Below are positions 38,345 to 49,552 of a stretch of DNA of 64,000 bases, in pieces. A program made the translations under genes and the position numbers. Numbering within the stretch: the stretch's first letter is position 1; each line of letters begins with the position of its first letter. The DNA is from Octopus vulgaris (Eukaryota), in NCBI GenBank assembly GCA_951406725.2, contig OX597814.1, forward strand, positions 169,880,001-169,944,000, given 5' to 3'. Under the pieces are notes generated by a model. That model was not told the origin of the DNA and did not search any database. It saw only the letters and a list, made by a program, of their open reading frames with translations.

Positions 38345-38595
38345 TACTATTTTTATTATTTTTATTGTTATTGTTCAGGTCACTGCTTGGAATCGAACTC
38401 AGAATCTTGGGGTTAGTAGCCTGCACTCTTAACCACTACGCCATATGCTGACTTAACCACTACACCATATGAAGAAGGCTGGAGGGTATATCAGCCAAAG
38501 TGTTGTGTTAACAACAAAAAAGATGAGGACAAATATCCGTTGAATATAAATAATGTAAATAATGTAAATAAATCCTCATCTCTTAAATATAGAAC
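38145..38595 (-). mobile_element. Non-autonomous PLE derivative: tRNA-like head + (AAT)n + hammerhead, with inverted partial copy
   Basis: Minus strand from 38448: gcataTGGCGTAGTGGttaag...GAGTTCGATTCC, (AAT)n, gacac-CTGAAGA-aggctg..cagcc-GAAA. Plus-strand inverted 3' copy at 38470-38595. Homologous to 48862-49119. Confidence 0.85.
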
Positions 38596-39037
38596 TGCAA
38601 CTAGGTTCAGTTGAATAGTCATTGCACCCCTATTTGCTGTATTATTTTGCTGTTCGTTATCATTTCTCTGCTGTCACTCCTTGCCCCCTCTCCCCACTTC
38701 TAATGACATCCACTCCTCATTCTTATTACTGCTCCTCTCCATATTTCGACCTTCCTTACCCCTGGTAACCATTCACTACATTTACCTCCACCTCTATTTG
38801 TAACCATCTTTCAAACTTACACCCATTTATTAATGCAGGTTAACCATAGATCCCTTCATACAACATACTACAAAATACATACACAGACACACATACATAC
38901 ATACATACATACATACATACATACACACATACATACATACATACATACATACATACATACATACATACATACATACATACATACATACATACATACATAC
39001 ATACATACATACATACATACATGCATGCATACATACA

Positions 39038-39290
39038 TACAAGGTGGTGTTAAAAAATTTGTGGACTAGCTCTGTAGTGCACCAACAGATGGCAGCACAC
39101 AATGTTGTGCACAGTGAGAGCTAGTAGTGACCAACAGAGTGACTTTGTTGTGTTTATTTCACAGGTTGTGAAATTTGTGTTTTTGTGATCACATGTATGC
39201 TGTAGTCTGGCATTATTTGAACTCTAAACAGAATACGACATTAAATAAAAACCCTACAAATTGTGATGTATGCACTGACCTCAAGGTCCA
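39038..39290. mobile_element. mariner-like MITE remnant
   Basis: Begins tacaaggtggtgttaaaaaattt, resembling mariner TACGAGGG...AAAAGT TIRs, and contains ccaacagatggcagc. Confidence 0.4.
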
Positions 39291-39886
39291 TCATCAACAT
39301 CATCATCATTATCATTTAATGTCCGTTTTCCATGTTGGCATGGGTTGTACAGTTTGACTGAAAACTGGTAAGCTGGGAAGCTGCAAAAGTTCTAATATGG
39401 ATTAATATTATACTTGACTTGAAAGTCAATGTCACTGCAAGATTAACCAGACACAAACTGCAATTTGCAACTCTGCCATGGAATTATTCATAGCAAACTA
39501 AGAATTTTCCCCAAACATTCATTAGTATGTGAGGGAAAATAAAGCCGTTTAAAGGACAAATAATTCAGAGATGCATAATTATTTCTTGTTAGGTTATTTT
39601 TTTAATGCTGCCTATATTAAATATGTTAATACTAAGTTAACTATGCATACAGTGTCACTGAATTATTTATCTGCTGAGCATTTCTGGTTTCCTAAGCCAA
39701 CCAATTTATAATTATGTATATTTACTTGGAGGTGCAGATGTGGCTGTGTGGTTAAGAAGTTTGCTTTCTAACCTTTTGGACTCAGGTTCAATCCCATGGG
39801 GTAATATCTTGGGCAGGTATTTTTAACTATGACTCCAGATCAGCTAATGGTTTGTGAGTGAATATGGTCAATGGAAACTGTGTAAA

Positions 39887-40303
39887 AGGCAGCGAGCTGG
39901 CAGAAACGTTAGCACGCCAGGCAAAACACTTAGTGGTATTTCATCTGGCGCTACGTTCTGAGTTCAAATTCCGCCGAGGTTGACTTTGCCTTTCATCCTT
40001 TTAGAGTCGATTAAATAAGTACCAGTTACGCACTGGGGTCGATATAATCAACTTAGTCCGTTTGTCTGTCCTTGTTTGTCCCCTCTGTGTGTAGCCCCTT
40101 GTGGGCAATAACGAAATAGGTATTTCGTCTGCCATTACGTTCTCAGTTCAAATTCCGCCGAGGTCAACTTTGCCTTTCATCCTTTCGGGTTCGATAAATT
40201 TTGTACCAGTTACGCACTGGGGTTGATGTAATCGACTTAACCCCTTTGTCTGTCCTTGTTTGTCCCCTCTATGTTTATCGCCTTGTTGGCAATAAAGAAA
40301 TAG
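39887..40303 (+). mobile_element. SINE family B with one head and two tandem 184-bp bodies, nested in a SINE A copy (39729-40580)
   Basis: Units start at 39936 and 40120; approximate TSD (g/a)aaactgtgta on both sides. Confidence 0.9.
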
Positions 40304-40847
40304 AAAACTGTGTAGAAGCCCATCACAAACACACACACATATATTATATGCATATGTGTGTATGTCTTTGAGTGTATGTGTTTGAGTTTTTCCCCCTTGA
40401 TAACCAGTATTGGTTTATTTACATCCCTCTAACTTAGTGGTTCAGCAAAAGAGACCATCACAATAAGTACACTACACAGAAATGAAATAAAATAAAATAA
40501 ACATTCAAAGTTCATATGTTCAACTGAGTCCTTGAAGGCAGTGCTCCAGAATGACCATAGTCCAGTGACTAAAACAAGTAAAAAAAAAGAAAAGAAAAGA
40601 TCTTAAAAGAAAATCTTGCATGGCTGTGTTGTTGAAATATTTGTAAAATAACAGCAACATTGAGAAACAAAGCAGATATAGGCGTAAGCATGGCTGTGTG
40701 GTAGGAAACAAGCTTCCTAACCACATGGTTGCAGGTTCAGTCCCATTGTGTGACACTTTGGGCAAGTTCCTTTCACTAGAGCCTCTGGCTGACCAAAACC
40801 TTGTGAGTGGATTTGGTAGACAGAAACTGAAAGAAGCCCATCGTATA

Positions 40848-41669
40848 TCATCATCATCATCATCATCATCGTTTAGCATCCGCTTTCCATGCTAGCATGG
40901 GTTGGACAGTTCAACTGGGGTCTGGGAAGCCCGAAGGCTGCACCAGGACAGTCAGATCTGGCAGTGTTTCTACTGCTGGATGCCCTTCATAACGCCAACC
41001 ACTCCGTGAGTGTAGTGGGTGCTTTTTATGTGCCACCGACACAGGTGCCAGACGAGGCTGGCGAACGGTGTTTGTTACGTGCCCACAGCACGGAGGCCAG
41101 TCGATGTGTTACTGGCTACGGCCACGTTCGGATGGTTTTCTTATGTGCCATCGGCACTAGTACCACAAAAATGCAAATTCCATTGATGTTCATCGATTTT
41201 GATTTGATTTGATTTTGATTTTGATTTTCACTTGCCTCAACAGGTCTTCACAAGTAGAGTTATGTGTCCCAAGAAGGAAGGTATGCACAGGTGGACTGAC
41301 TACGTCCCAGGTAGGGGCCATGGGTTATGGCCTCACGTGTTCTGCCGGGTCTTCTCGTGCACAGCATACTTCCAAAGGTCTCGGTCTCTTGTCATTTCCT
41401 CGGTGAGACCTAAAGCGCGAAGGTCGTTCTTCACCACCTCGTCCCAGGTTTTCCTGGGTCTACTTCTTCCACAGGTTCCCTCAACCGCTAGGGTGTGGCA
41501 CTTTTTCACACAACTATCTTCATCCATTCTTACTACGTGTCCATACCAGCGTAGATGCCTCTCTTGCACACCACATCTGATGCTTCTTAGGTCCAACTTT
41601 TCTCTCAAGGCACTTACACTCTGTCGGGTATGAACACTGACATTACACATCCAACGGAGCATACTGGCA
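40848..41669 (-). mobile_element. 5'-truncated RTE LINE inserted in the microsatellite of a SINE A (head 40679-40847)
   Basis: MLRWMCNVSVHTRQSV...LRWYGHVVRMDED...RPRKTWDEVV, UTR and (GAT)n tail. Confidence 0.92.
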
Positions 41670-41711
41670 TATATATATATATATAATCAAAATGAGCAAC
41701 AGGATATCATG

Positions 41712-41880
41712 AAGTTATCTCCAAGCTCCCTTTCCTCATCACATGACCAAGAAAGCTCAGTTGCTTTTTGCCCTTATCTCACAAAGCAGTTTCCTATTTA
41801 CCACTGCCCAAGTCATCACTTCTTCATTAGACACTTCATCAGTCCTTGCTACCCTCAATATTCTCCTTAAGAACTACGTT
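41712..41880 (-). mobile_element. Old RTE-type LINE fragment
   Basis: Minus strand FLRRILRVARTDEVSNEEV...QLSFLGHVMRKGSLE. Confidence 0.6.
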
Positions 41881-42162
41881 GCTCAATTTTCCAATCAGGC
41901 GTTGCTTACCATGTTCTCTTCACCGAGGATCCAGTTGTGTTGACAACTTGTGTTGGTTGACCACATGCCACATGGTCACAGCAGATGAGGAAGTCTCTCA
42001 CAAAGATTAGCTTCGACTCTGCTTGACAAGTACCCAGGAGGACTTGGGAATATACCAACAAACGGTGAATGCAGCAACATGAGGCAACAACGCATGCTCC
42101 TCACACCTAACTTAACCAAGCACATGGCCTAAAATTTGAGAGATTAAATTAAGTGATTAAAT

Positions 42163-43460
42163 ATGTGGCAGATGCTCGGGAGCATTGACCTCCGAAAATC
42201 TGCAGAAAACAACTTCCGTCACTTTCCAGGGGGAAAAATTAGAAGTAGTTGATAGCTTCCGTTATCTAGGTGACCAAGTCAGTAGTGGGGGTGGGTGCGC
42301 TGAGAGTGTAACTGCTAGAATAAGGATAGCCTGGGCAAAGTTTAGGGAGCTCTTACCTCTGCTGGTGACTAAAGGCCTCTCGCTCAGAGTAAAGGGCAGA
42401 CTGTATGATGCATGTGTTCGAACTGCCATGCTACATGGCAGTGAAACATGGGCCGTGACTGCTGAGGACATGCGTAAGCTCATGAGGAATGAAGCCAGTA
42501 TGCTCCGATGGATGTGCAATGTCAGTGTACTTACTCGACAGAGCGTTAGTTCCCTGAGAGAAATGTTGTACCTAAGAAGCATCAGTTGTTGCGTGCAAGA
42601 GAGACGATTGCGCTGGTATGGTCATGTGGCGAGAATGGATGAAGATAGGTGTGTGAGAAAGTGCCAATCCCTAGCAGTTGAGGGAACCCGTGGAAGAGGT
42701 AGACCCAGGAAAACCTGGGACGAGGTGGTGAAGCACGACCTTCGAACGTTAGGTCTCACCATGGAAATGACTAGAGACCGAGACCTATGGAAGTATGCTG
42801 TGCGTGAGAAGACCCGGCAAGACTAGTGAAGCCATAACCCGTGCCCCCTACCTGGGACGTAGTCAGTCCACCTGTGCATACCTTCCTGCTTGTGACACTT
42901 GTGAAGACCTGTTGAGGCAAATCAAATCAAAGTCAAATCAAATCAAGTCAAACCAAATCAAAATAGATGAACATCAATGGAATTTGTATCCTTGTGGTAC
43001 CAGTGCCGGTGGCACATAAGAAAACCATCCGAACGGGACCGTAGCCAGTACCGCATCGACTGGCCTCCGTGCTGTGGGCACGTAACAAACACCATCCGAT
43101 CGTAGCCGTTCGCCAGCCTCGTCTGGCACCTGTGTCGGTGGCACATAGGAAAAACACCGAAAACACCATATCCGAGCGTGGCCGTCTGCCAGCCTCGTCT
43201 GGCACCTGTGTCGGTGGCACATAAAAAACACCACCATCCGAGCGTGGCCGTCTGCCAGCCTCGTCTGGCACCTGTGTCGGTGGCACATAAAATCACCCAC
43301 TACACTCTCGGAGTGGTTGGCGTTAGGAAGGGCATCCAGCTGTAGAAACACTGCCAGATCTGACTGGCCTGGTGTAGCCTTCGGGCTTGCCAGACCCCAG
43401 TTGAACCGTCCAACCCATGCTAGCATGGAAAGCGGACGTTAAACGATGATGATGATGATG
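42163..43460 (+). mobile_element. 5'-truncated RTE LINE with an uninterrupted C-terminal ORF (42164-42826)
   Basis: LEVVDSFRYLGD...ARIRIAWAKFREL...LYDACVRTAMLHGSETW...LRWYGHVARM...GRGRPRKTW; 3' UTR with five structured units; (GAT)n tail. Confidence 0.95.
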
Positions 43461-43461
43461 A

Positions 43462-44225
43462 AATCAACTTCAGTATTTAACTAGTCCCTTTTCTTATCAA
43501 TGCCAGAGGGATGAAAGGTAAAGTTGACTTTGACAGGGTTTGAACTCAGAATGTAAAGAGCTGGAGGAAATAATGCAAGAAATTTTTTTACGACATTCTA
43601 ATGATTCTTCCAATCTGCTGCTCCGACTTGTTTCCCACTTAGGAACAAGGCTACCAGTTTTGCGAGGAGGAGGAGGTAAGCTGATAGCATTGACTCCAGT
43701 AATTGACTGGTACTTTATTTTATTGACCTTGACAGTGTTTGAACTCAGAATGTAAACATCTAGAACAAATATTGCAAGGCATTTTCTCAGATTTAATGAT
43801 TCAGATTTAATGATTCTACCAATCTGCTACTCCAACTGGCTTTTCACTTAGGCACAAAGCTAGCACTTTTGAAGGGAGGGGGTAAGTTGATACCATTGAC
43901 CCCAGTACTTGACTGGTACTTTATTTTATTGACCCTGGCAGGAACTGAACTCAGAATGTAAAGAGTTATGATCAACGCTCTAACAATTCTGCTAACTCAC
44001 TGACATAATTTTTTTGATTTAAGCCCAAAGGAGAAATTTAGAGAGAAGGGGTTTAGTTGATACTATTCGACTCAGTACTTGACAAATAGTCAATCCTCTA
44101 TTAACCTGAAATGGATGAAGAGTAAAGTTGAGCTCAACAGAATTTGAACTTAAGCATAAAGAGCCAGAGGAAATATTGCAAGGCACTTTTGTCAGGCATT
44201 CTACTAACTCTGCCAATCCACCATC
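43462..44225 (-). repeat. Degraded tandem copies of a SINE B variant
   Basis: Repeated tgactggtactttattttattgacc...tgaactcagaatgtaaa blocks near 43480, 43700, 43910 and 44075. Confidence 0.7.
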
Positions 44226-44868
44226 CAACATGATACAGTGTATGACAAAGCTATCCTTTAAATTACAAGTACAGTGCATCTTTGTGGTATAAGTGTTAGT
44301 GGATGAGTATTTCACTGACTTTTGTGGCAAACAGGATCTTCAGACAGAATCAATGTAATGCAGTGTGTACCAAGGCTGGCTCTTGTTGTTGTTAAGCAAC
44401 AAGATGGGTAAGGGTGATTAGGTGATAGTCTAGGGCTTATGGGCGGGAGACCCCAGACCTTGGAAAAAAAAAACTTTGGTCATCTTGTTGTAGTCGAGGG
44501 CTCTTCATTGATGCCCAACACCACTGGGAGGTGGCCCTCGAAGTAGCTGGAAATGGAGATCTCCAGGTCCAAATTCTTGAACGGCAGGCTGGCTCTTGGA
44601 ATTACAGGAGTAGTTCACCCAGCAGAGTTCCACATGAATTTTGTCCAATCAAATTCACCGACAAATCTTGGCTTGGTTTAGGACTTTGATTGAAGATACT
44701 TATCCAAAGTGTCATGCAGTAGGATAGAACCTGGAACTTCAGAATTGTGAAGCAAACTTCTTAACTATCTGGTCATGCTTGTGATGAATGTTCAAGAAGT
44801 TCTGACTTGTAGAAAGAGAGATGAGGGCGAGGAGGGAGAAATACACATACACAAATGCCCAAACACAT

Positions 44869-44899
<31 letters not shown>

Positions 44900-44905
44900 C
44901 ACTTA

Positions 44906-44938
<33 letters not shown>

Positions 44939-45712
44939 CTGAGTCTGAAAGTCTGGTATTTAGAACATTTTTCTTAATTAAAATATTTATGACTTTATTT
45001 CTTTTTAAGAAAATTTTCCTTCCTTTTGGTTAAAATATTTCTGTTCACATTTCTTGTAGCTGATTACATATCTTGTTAAATTTCTTTTTCTTTTTACTTC
45101 TTGTTTTGTGTTTGTGTTGATAGGAGGCAAATAATCTCAAACCAAGTGCTTCTTTATTCTTCTTCATCACTCAAGAATTATTGCCCTTAAGAACAAAGAA
45201 CACTGTCCATTTTTGAATTCTCTGGAAAGTGATCAATCTTTGGAACAAAAAGAGACTAAGAAACATCTAAAGAACTATTTGGGGTATTTTTGCCCCCCCC
45301 CCCCTCCATCTCTCTTTTACATAATCAACACCGGTAAAAATTTTACTCTGATCTGCCATTAGTTCAAATATCCTTGATTCTTCACCCTCTTTCTAACTTT
45401 GATTATTACATCACAAAAGATGGGCTTATCAAAGTAAATTTAAAAAAAAAAACAAAATAATAAATAACAACAAACAAACAAGTAAGCAAGCATAAAAAAC
45501 CCTGCCAAAACAATTGCATTATTTAATTAAGTTTTCTACAAGTATTCACTTATTTTTCTTCTCTTTGAGAATGGCTAATTCATTCTTGAATTTAACATTT
45601 GTAACAAGTAACATCAATAACTAAACTATATTGACATTAACTATAATAGGAGCAATAAAAATAATGCTTTCTTTATTTAATAATAATGGCTATAGTAATA
45701 ACAATATCAATA

Positions 45713-45777
<65 letters not shown>

Positions 45778-45868
45778 GATGATGATGATGATGGCGATGA
45801 TGATGATGGCAATGATGATGATGATGGTGGTGGTGGTGGTGGTGGTGATGGTGATGATGATGATGATG

Positions 45869-46248
45869 ACAAGAGCACTCAGAGAGTACAAACCTCTGCC
45901 AAGGCAACACCAACGTTCTCTCAACGATTAGCCAGAGATGATTTTTTAAAATGAGAATATCTGAAATAAACCCGACTGCTCTCACAAACGAGAATGCTAA
46001 AAATGAACCTGATCACTCTCAAAAATTATGTAAAAAAAACCAGGAAAAATCATCCAGAATCCTTGTCTGGTATCTGATTGATCCCAAAATTTAATCAGTT
46101 CATGCCAGTCATGAGGTCAAACTTCCGTGAAAGTTTCATCCGAATCTATCGAGTGGTTCTTGAGATATCTTGTCCACGGACACACAAATAAACAAACAAA
46201 CAAACACAACTGAAAACAATACCTCCACCTTCGCTAAGGCGGAGGTAA
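45869..46248. mobile_element. Helentron-associated non-autonomous element (HINE/DINE-1-like)
   Basis: acaagagcactcagagag...acctctgccaagg at one end, an (ACAA)n microsatellite, and terminal palindrome acctccaccttcgctaaggcggaggt. Confidence 0.75.
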
Positions 46249-47104
46249 TAATAATGGTGATGATGATGGTGATGATAAAAATAAGGACAAAGATAAATAA
46301 AGACACAAATAAACCTGCATAATTCTTTATTATTTTTCCTTAATTGGAGGAAATTCTTTTATAAAATTATACCTATACTGGAATATTGATTCAATTCTTA
46401 GACATAAAAATCAATAAGTGAATGAGTCAAAGAGTGAAACCTCAATGTTATCACTCGGCTTGCTAGAAATGGCAGTTAAATATTTCTCAACTCATACTGT
46501 ACTATTTAAAAAAAGGGAAAGGCACATTGGATAAGGTACTCCTAGATGCTCTATGGAAGTTGTGGTGAGAATAGTTTCAGGCTTATGCTCTTATCTGGGA
46601 GTGAGGAAGAGAAAGAGGGGAAAGGAGACAGGAAGAGAGAGGTTGAGAAAGAGAGAGAGAGGTGGGACATAATGTCACTTTGTTTTTAGAAAGATTAAAG
46701 CCATTTTTCCCAAAGTTATCCCAAAGGAAACTGAGAGGTCAGTAAAATTTTTCTTGGGTTCTACAAAGTAACATCTTTAAAAAAAAACATCATCATCATT
46801 GTCATCATCAACATCATCATCAACATCATCAACATTATCGTCATTGTCGTTGTCATCATCATCACTGTTTAATGTTTGTTTTTCTTGCTAGCATGGGTTG
46901 GATGGTTTGAGATGTGTGAAAGTAAATGACAAATTTTAGATTTTTCTCTCTTCATGGCAACTGAACTTAGCAGACCATCACCAGTTTTCTGAGGTTCTAG
47001 ATTATCTTGCCGACTTCAAACCTTTTGTATTTCATGTTCCCATATTTCCAAGTCAGCCTTGTTCAGAGGTTCTTCATTTCTTAGTTTCTTGATTTATGGT
47101 GTTT

Positions 47105-47144
<40 letters not shown>

Positions 47145-47167
47145 GTATATGTATATATAAGTATGTA

Positions 47168-47214
<47 letters not shown>

Positions 47215-47285
47215 TTTATTTAAAAGCAGCAGAAATATAACAAAAGCTGTTACTCAGAGTTTCACATTCGTTGGACAGTTTTGTT

Positions 47286-47338
47286 AACAAAACTGTCTGA
47301 CGAACAGGAATGTGAAACTCTGAGTAACAGCTTTTGTT
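47286..47338 (+). ncRNA. Intact minimal type I hammerhead ribozyme within palindrome 47222-47354
   Basis: Stem I aacaaaactgt/acagcttttgtt, CTGACGA, stem II ACA-ggaa-TGT, GAAAC, stem III ACTC-t-GAGT, cleavage after GTA at 47326. Confidence 0.85.
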
Positions 47339-47554
47339 ATATTCTGCTGCTTTTGAGAGTGTTAGGATTAAATATGTACACGATCAAGTGCCATCGGATA
47401 ACTGATATTCAACCACACTTTCAAAATTATACAGCTGAATGTGAACATTTATTTATCCTCAATACCCATATATATATATATATATATATATGAAAATAGT
47501 AATGCAATACGAGAGTATTGCTTTCCAGTAAAGGATAGCCCGTGAGAGTAAAAT

Positions 47555-47868
47555 TATACATAAAAGTAAATAAATGGTACAACGAAGCACCGATATCTAC
47601 TGGAAAATAGCGAACGTAATAAATACAACGCTAATGTATAGCTTCACTGTGTATGTACTAGTAAAGATGCGTGTGTGCAACAAACATGAAAAAATTTGTC
47701 TTACCTCTAGGAAAAACATCTGGAAAATGAAAAACCTAGATAATGGATAATGCAGTACTGGTTTCGGATTTTTTAAAATACGCTTGCCAAACGTATACTT
47801 GATTTATCCTCATCAGCTGCATAAACCTCGACAATATTTCGTTGTACCATTTATTTACTTTTATGTAT
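47555..47868 (-). mobile_element. PLE-type terminus with 32-bp inverted ends
   Basis: tatacataaaagtaaataaatggtacaacgaa / ttcgttgtaccatttatttacttttatgtata; contains the hammerhead at 47750-47822. Confidence 0.75.
47750..47822 (-). ncRNA. Intact type I hammerhead with extended stem II
   Basis: Minus strand atgcag-CTGATGA-ggat...atacgttt ggc aagcgtat...atcc-GAAAC-ca-GTA-ctgcat. Confidence 0.85.
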
Positions 47869-47883
47869 ATATATATATATATA

Positions 47884-48091
47884 CCGGAGTAAGCACATAA
47901 ATGTGAAACAAGGTGGAAAAAAGAGTACTCAAAGACCAGAGGTAGAGTAATATGCTTTATTTAAAAGCAGCAGAAATATAACAAAAGCTGTTACTCAGAG
48001 TTTCACATTCCCGTTCGTCAGACAGTTTTGTTAACTCTGGTCTTTGAGTACTCTTTTTTCCATCTTGTTTCACATTTATGTGCTTACTCCA

Positions 48092-48092
<1 letters not shown>
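47884..48092 (-). mobile_element. PLE-type terminus in (TA)n with ~58-bp inverted 3' ends
   Basis: ccggagtaagcacataaatgtgaaacaag...accagag versus ctctggt...cttgtttcacatttatgtgcttactccag; same family as 47222-47354 and 52330-52482. Confidence 0.85.
47980..48032 (-). ncRNA. Intact minimal type I hammerhead ribozyme
   Basis: Minus strand aacaaaactgt-CTGACGA-acgggaatgt-GAAAC-tctga-GTA-acagcttttgtt. Confidence 0.85.
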
Positions 48093-48157
<65 letters not shown>

Positions 48158-48555
48158 GTATTGAGGATAAATATGTGTTCACATTCAGCTGTATAATTTT
48201 AGAAGTGTGGCTGAATATCGCTTATCCGATGGCGCTTGATCGCATACATATTTAATCCTAACACTCTTAAATTTACATTTCGAAATTCTGCACTGTAGAT
48301 GAGAAGTAAGTAAGTAAATAAAACTTTACTTTAATCTTGAAATGCGTATATAGCTAATCTGAGTTGTGTGGATTCGTTATATTTTCTCTTTGCTTAAATA
48401 AAAAAGTGTGTTACTATCTGGGAGATCTTTAAGGTAGAAGAAAAGGCATTTAACTCCTATTTGTAAATTTGGTGCATGGCGAAGCAAATAGCTGACCCCT
48501 GATTATAAGTATTTATATATATAAATATATATACAAATGGAAAATATGACCTACC

Positions 48556-48852
48556 TATATTATGCAAATAAAAGAATGTGTAGTAAATAAACAAATACAC
48601 AGGTGGACAGAAAATATAGATCACCAATTCTCCATCAGTTGGATCGAATACAATTTCAGCCATTATTGATAATCTTGCTTCCACTCTAGGGGCACTTGTC
48701 AAGCAGTTATGTCTAGGTCCATTTCTTGCTGGTGCCTCCAGAGTGGCTGATAACTGATGAAGAATTGGTTACCTATATTTTGTCCGTCTGTGTATTTTGT
48801 ATGTGTTCACTTGTTTATTTATTATACGTATTTTTTTTATTTGTATAATATA
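48556..48852. mobile_element. Degenerate tail-to-tail inverted element (PLE-like)
   Basis: aaatacacaggtggacagaaaatatagatcaccaattctccatcagtt versus aactgatgaagaattggttacctatattttgtccgtctgtgtattt. Confidence 0.55.
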
Positions 48853-49041
48853 AACCTGAATATATTACATTATTTATATTATTTACATTGTTTACATTCG
48901 ACAGATATTTGTCCTCATCTTGTTTGTTGATAATACAATGTTTTGGCTGATATACCCTCCAGTCACCTTCAGGTGTCTTGGGTTCTCATTCCTAAGGTAT
49001 TTTTTGATGTTATTATTATTATTATTATTACTAGTATTGTT

Positions 49042-49119
49042 CAGGTCACTGCTCGGAATTGAACTCGGAATCTTCGGGTTAGTAGTAGCCCGTGCTCTTA
49101 ACCACTATGCCATATGCCC
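49042..49119 (-). promoter_or_regulatory. tRNA-like internal Pol III promoter inside the PLE 3' terminus
   Basis: A box TGGCATAGTGG and B box GAGTTCAATTCC with tRNA spacing; the copy at 38376-38448 has TGGCGTAGTGG and GAGTTCGATTCC. Confidence 0.7.
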
Positions 49120-49151
49120 ATGGGCAATTGTAGAGAGAATTTTAGGGCTTA

Positions 49152-49552
49152 TTAATCTAATATTTTCTTATCCTTCCTTAATACCGATTCCCGTATGCTG
49201 CTCATATCTGCATTCGGTGTGCTTAGGTGGTTGTTGTGTCCTAGCAGATGTGCTGCTTCTTTTAGTTTTCATATTTTCCAGTGGTGTTCTCTGTCTATTA
49301 TTTTAACTTCATCACACAGGGGGAGGTGGTCTCTAGTTTTCCATACGTGATCAACTATACCTGATTTATCAATATCTCCTCGTGTCACGGCATTGTGATG
49401 TTCATCTACTCTTATTTTGAGGGGGCAGCATGTTTCGCCTTTGTATAACCTACCAAAGCTGCACGAGATGGAGTACACACAGTCTTTGGTCATATTCTCT
49501 TCTATTGGTGGTTTTACTTGAAGGAGATATTTGCGAAGTGTTGCATTACTAA
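49152..49552 (-). pseudogene. PLE GIY-YIG endonuclease domain remnant
   Basis: KDCVYSISCSFGRLYKGETCCPLKIRVDEH...KSGIVDHVW...KIIDREHHWKI*KLKEAAH...KKILD*; one in-frame TGA at 49269-49271 at the usual Arg of R..KEA. Confidence 0.88.

Larger units (their letters stand above)
47354..48270. repeat. ~115-bp inverted repeat pair (47354-47468 and 48156-48270) enclosing (TA)n and nested PLE termini
   Basis: gagtgttaggattaaatatg...atcctcaataccca versus tgggtattgaggat...catatttaatcctaacactc. Confidence 0.8.
48862..49552 (-). mobile_element. Penelope-like retrotransposon 3' fragment: GIY-YIG endonuclease, tRNA-like segment, (AAT)n, hammerhead
   Basis: The GIY-YIG ORF ends at 49152. The tRNA-like head spans 49119-49042. 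A degenerate hammerhead (gacac-CTGAAGG-tgactg..cagcc-AAAACATT-gtatt) lies at 48930-48980. Confidence 0.88.

Noticed and set aside
42185-42826. Host protein-coding gene (also 50672-51367)
   Set aside because: It is a multi-copy RTE C-terminal fragment, 5'-truncated, with a LINE tail.
45176-45283. Possible exon IIALKNKEHCPFLNSLESDQSLEQKETKKHLKNYLG
   Set aside because: It needs a weak AAG acceptor, the stronger upstream acceptor gives stops in all frames, and no homology was recognised.
47884-48092. Tc1/mariner MITE with TA TSD
   Set aside because: It is asymmetric, contains a hammerhead, and other copies (47222, 52330) have different or no inverted ends, which fits PLE tail-to-tail structure better.
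49269-49271. In-frame TGA in the GIY-YIG domain as selenocysteine (as in Naiad PLEs)
   Set aside because: It falls at the Arg of the R..KEA motif and is simply explained by CGA>TGA CpG decay; no SECIS was recognised.
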